DNA of 64,000 nucleotides from assembly GCF_006345805.1 (NCBI RefSeq), contig NC_042998.1, positions 152,272,001 to 152,336,000 of the forward strand, written 5' to 3'. A program made the position numbers and the translations under genes. Position 1 is the stretch's first letter. Each line of letters starts with the position of its first letter. This document shows positions 63,966 to 64,000 of the stretch, piece after piece. The DNA is from Octopus sinensis. Its lineage: Eukaryota. The notes beneath the pieces were generated by a model that saw nothing but the letters and a program-made list of their open reading frames with translations, did no database searches and was not told where the DNA came from.

Positions 63966-64000
63966 CATACATTTGTATGTATGAAAGTATGTATGTATGT

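Overview
A 64-kb, AT-rich animal genomic window made almost entirely of microsatellites and transposable elements. I cannot support any host protein-coding exon, rRNA or true tRNA gene. The SINE and microsatellite repertoire looks like a cephalopod (Octopus-type) genome; this is an inference. Contents: RTE, CR1-like and R4/Dong-like non-LTR retrotransposons (one near full length); two Ty3/gypsy derivatives, both missing the RT catalytic core; several Penelope-like element (PLE) remnants; at least four SINE-like families; a Helitron, a Helentron-type element, Tc1/mariner remnants and MITEs; and many fold-back palindromes. The main unannotated signal is about 15 type I hammerhead-ribozyme motifs found by eye, 6-7 of them with an intact catalytic core. 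Two sit in a near-identical head-to-tail 456-bp dimer (61951-62869), the layout expected of a retrozyme that can release a circularizable monomer RNA. Another sits in a 412-bp unit with 34-bp terminal redundancy (7583-8028). All coordinates were counted by hand, and all RNA folds are manual and untested.
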